From Devosia sp. (GTDB lineage Bacteria; Pseudomonadota; Alphaproteobacteria; Rhizobiales; Devosiaceae): 64,000 nt of DNA. The stretch spans positions 349,011 through 413,010 of the forward strand of contig NZ_CP075529.1 in assembly GCF_025809055.1 (NCBI RefSeq), written 5' to 3'. Shown in pieces: positions 63,960-64,000 of the stretch; positions within the stretch are counted from its first letter, which is position 1; every line of letters starts with the position of its first letter. Position numbers and translations under genes: made by a program. The notes beneath the pieces are model-generated. The model did no database searches. It was not told where the DNA came from and worked only from the letters and a program-made list of their open reading frames with translations.

Positions 63960-64000
63960 ATGCAACACAGCGTCTCCATTCGCGACCTGTCGCTCAATTT
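63960..64000 (+). CDS. Probable sugar ABC transporter ATP-binding protein (first 13 codons only)
   Basis: MQHSVSIRDLSLN... begins 4 nt after the permease stop. The call rests on operon position and an N-terminus resembling MalK/UgpC. Confidence 0.5.
   Translation, partial: MQHSVSIRDLSLN

Noticed and set aside
1-64000. CRISPR arrays, transposases, integrases, prophage genes, restriction-modification, toxin-antitoxin or other defence modules
   Set aside because: None was recognisable on either strand. The only repeats are short palindromic intergenic units, and there are no regularly spaced direct repeats.

Overview
High-GC (about 63-65%) chromosomal segment, most likely from an alphaproteobacterium of the Hyphomicrobiales/Rhizobiales type. 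This is inferred from an alpha-type SOS box (GAAC-N7-GAAC), CTTG-N17-CYTATNT heat-shock promoters, an RpoE/ChrR module and the aminotransferase-hom-glpX-recJ and clpP-clpX-lon gene order. Most of the window is housekeeping: rplM-rpsI, ctaA, clpP, clpX, lon, hom, glpX, recJ, dinB, gloA, and four tRNAs (Pro-GGG, Glu-CUC, Glu-UUC, Arg-UCU). Accessory content: (i) a CHASE2 cyclase next to a PrtD/HlyD type I secretion pair; (ii) a six-gene Wzx/Wzy-type surface-polysaccharide cluster with divergent arms; (iii) a cytochrome P450 / YciI divergent pair; (iv) an arginase gene inserted between clpX and lon; (v) a two-gene operon downstream of lon encoding a GT1-family glycosyltransferase and an unusual SDR::FAD-oxidase fusion protein; (vi) two tandem orphan siderophore-type binding proteins; (vii) an ECF sigma RpoE / anti-sigma ChrR / SDR operon next to an FAD-oxidoreductase/DUF1365/CFA-synthase-like operon, both carrying TGATCC-N16-CGTA promoters; (viii) a complete FecBCDE-type ABC importer; (ix) a LacI-controlled sugar ABC importer. 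Two families of short palindromic intergenic repeats are scattered through the window. I found no transposase, integrase, CRISPR array, or recognisable defence or toxin-antitoxin system. Most long antisense ORFs in the supplied track are high-GC shadow ORFs. The candidates for something not yet described are the GT1 + SDR::FAD-oxidase operon with its unusual upstream region, the ChrR variant lacking the zinc-binding cysteines, and the repeat-mosaic intergenic regions. All functional calls come from reading motifs by eye. No database search was run.
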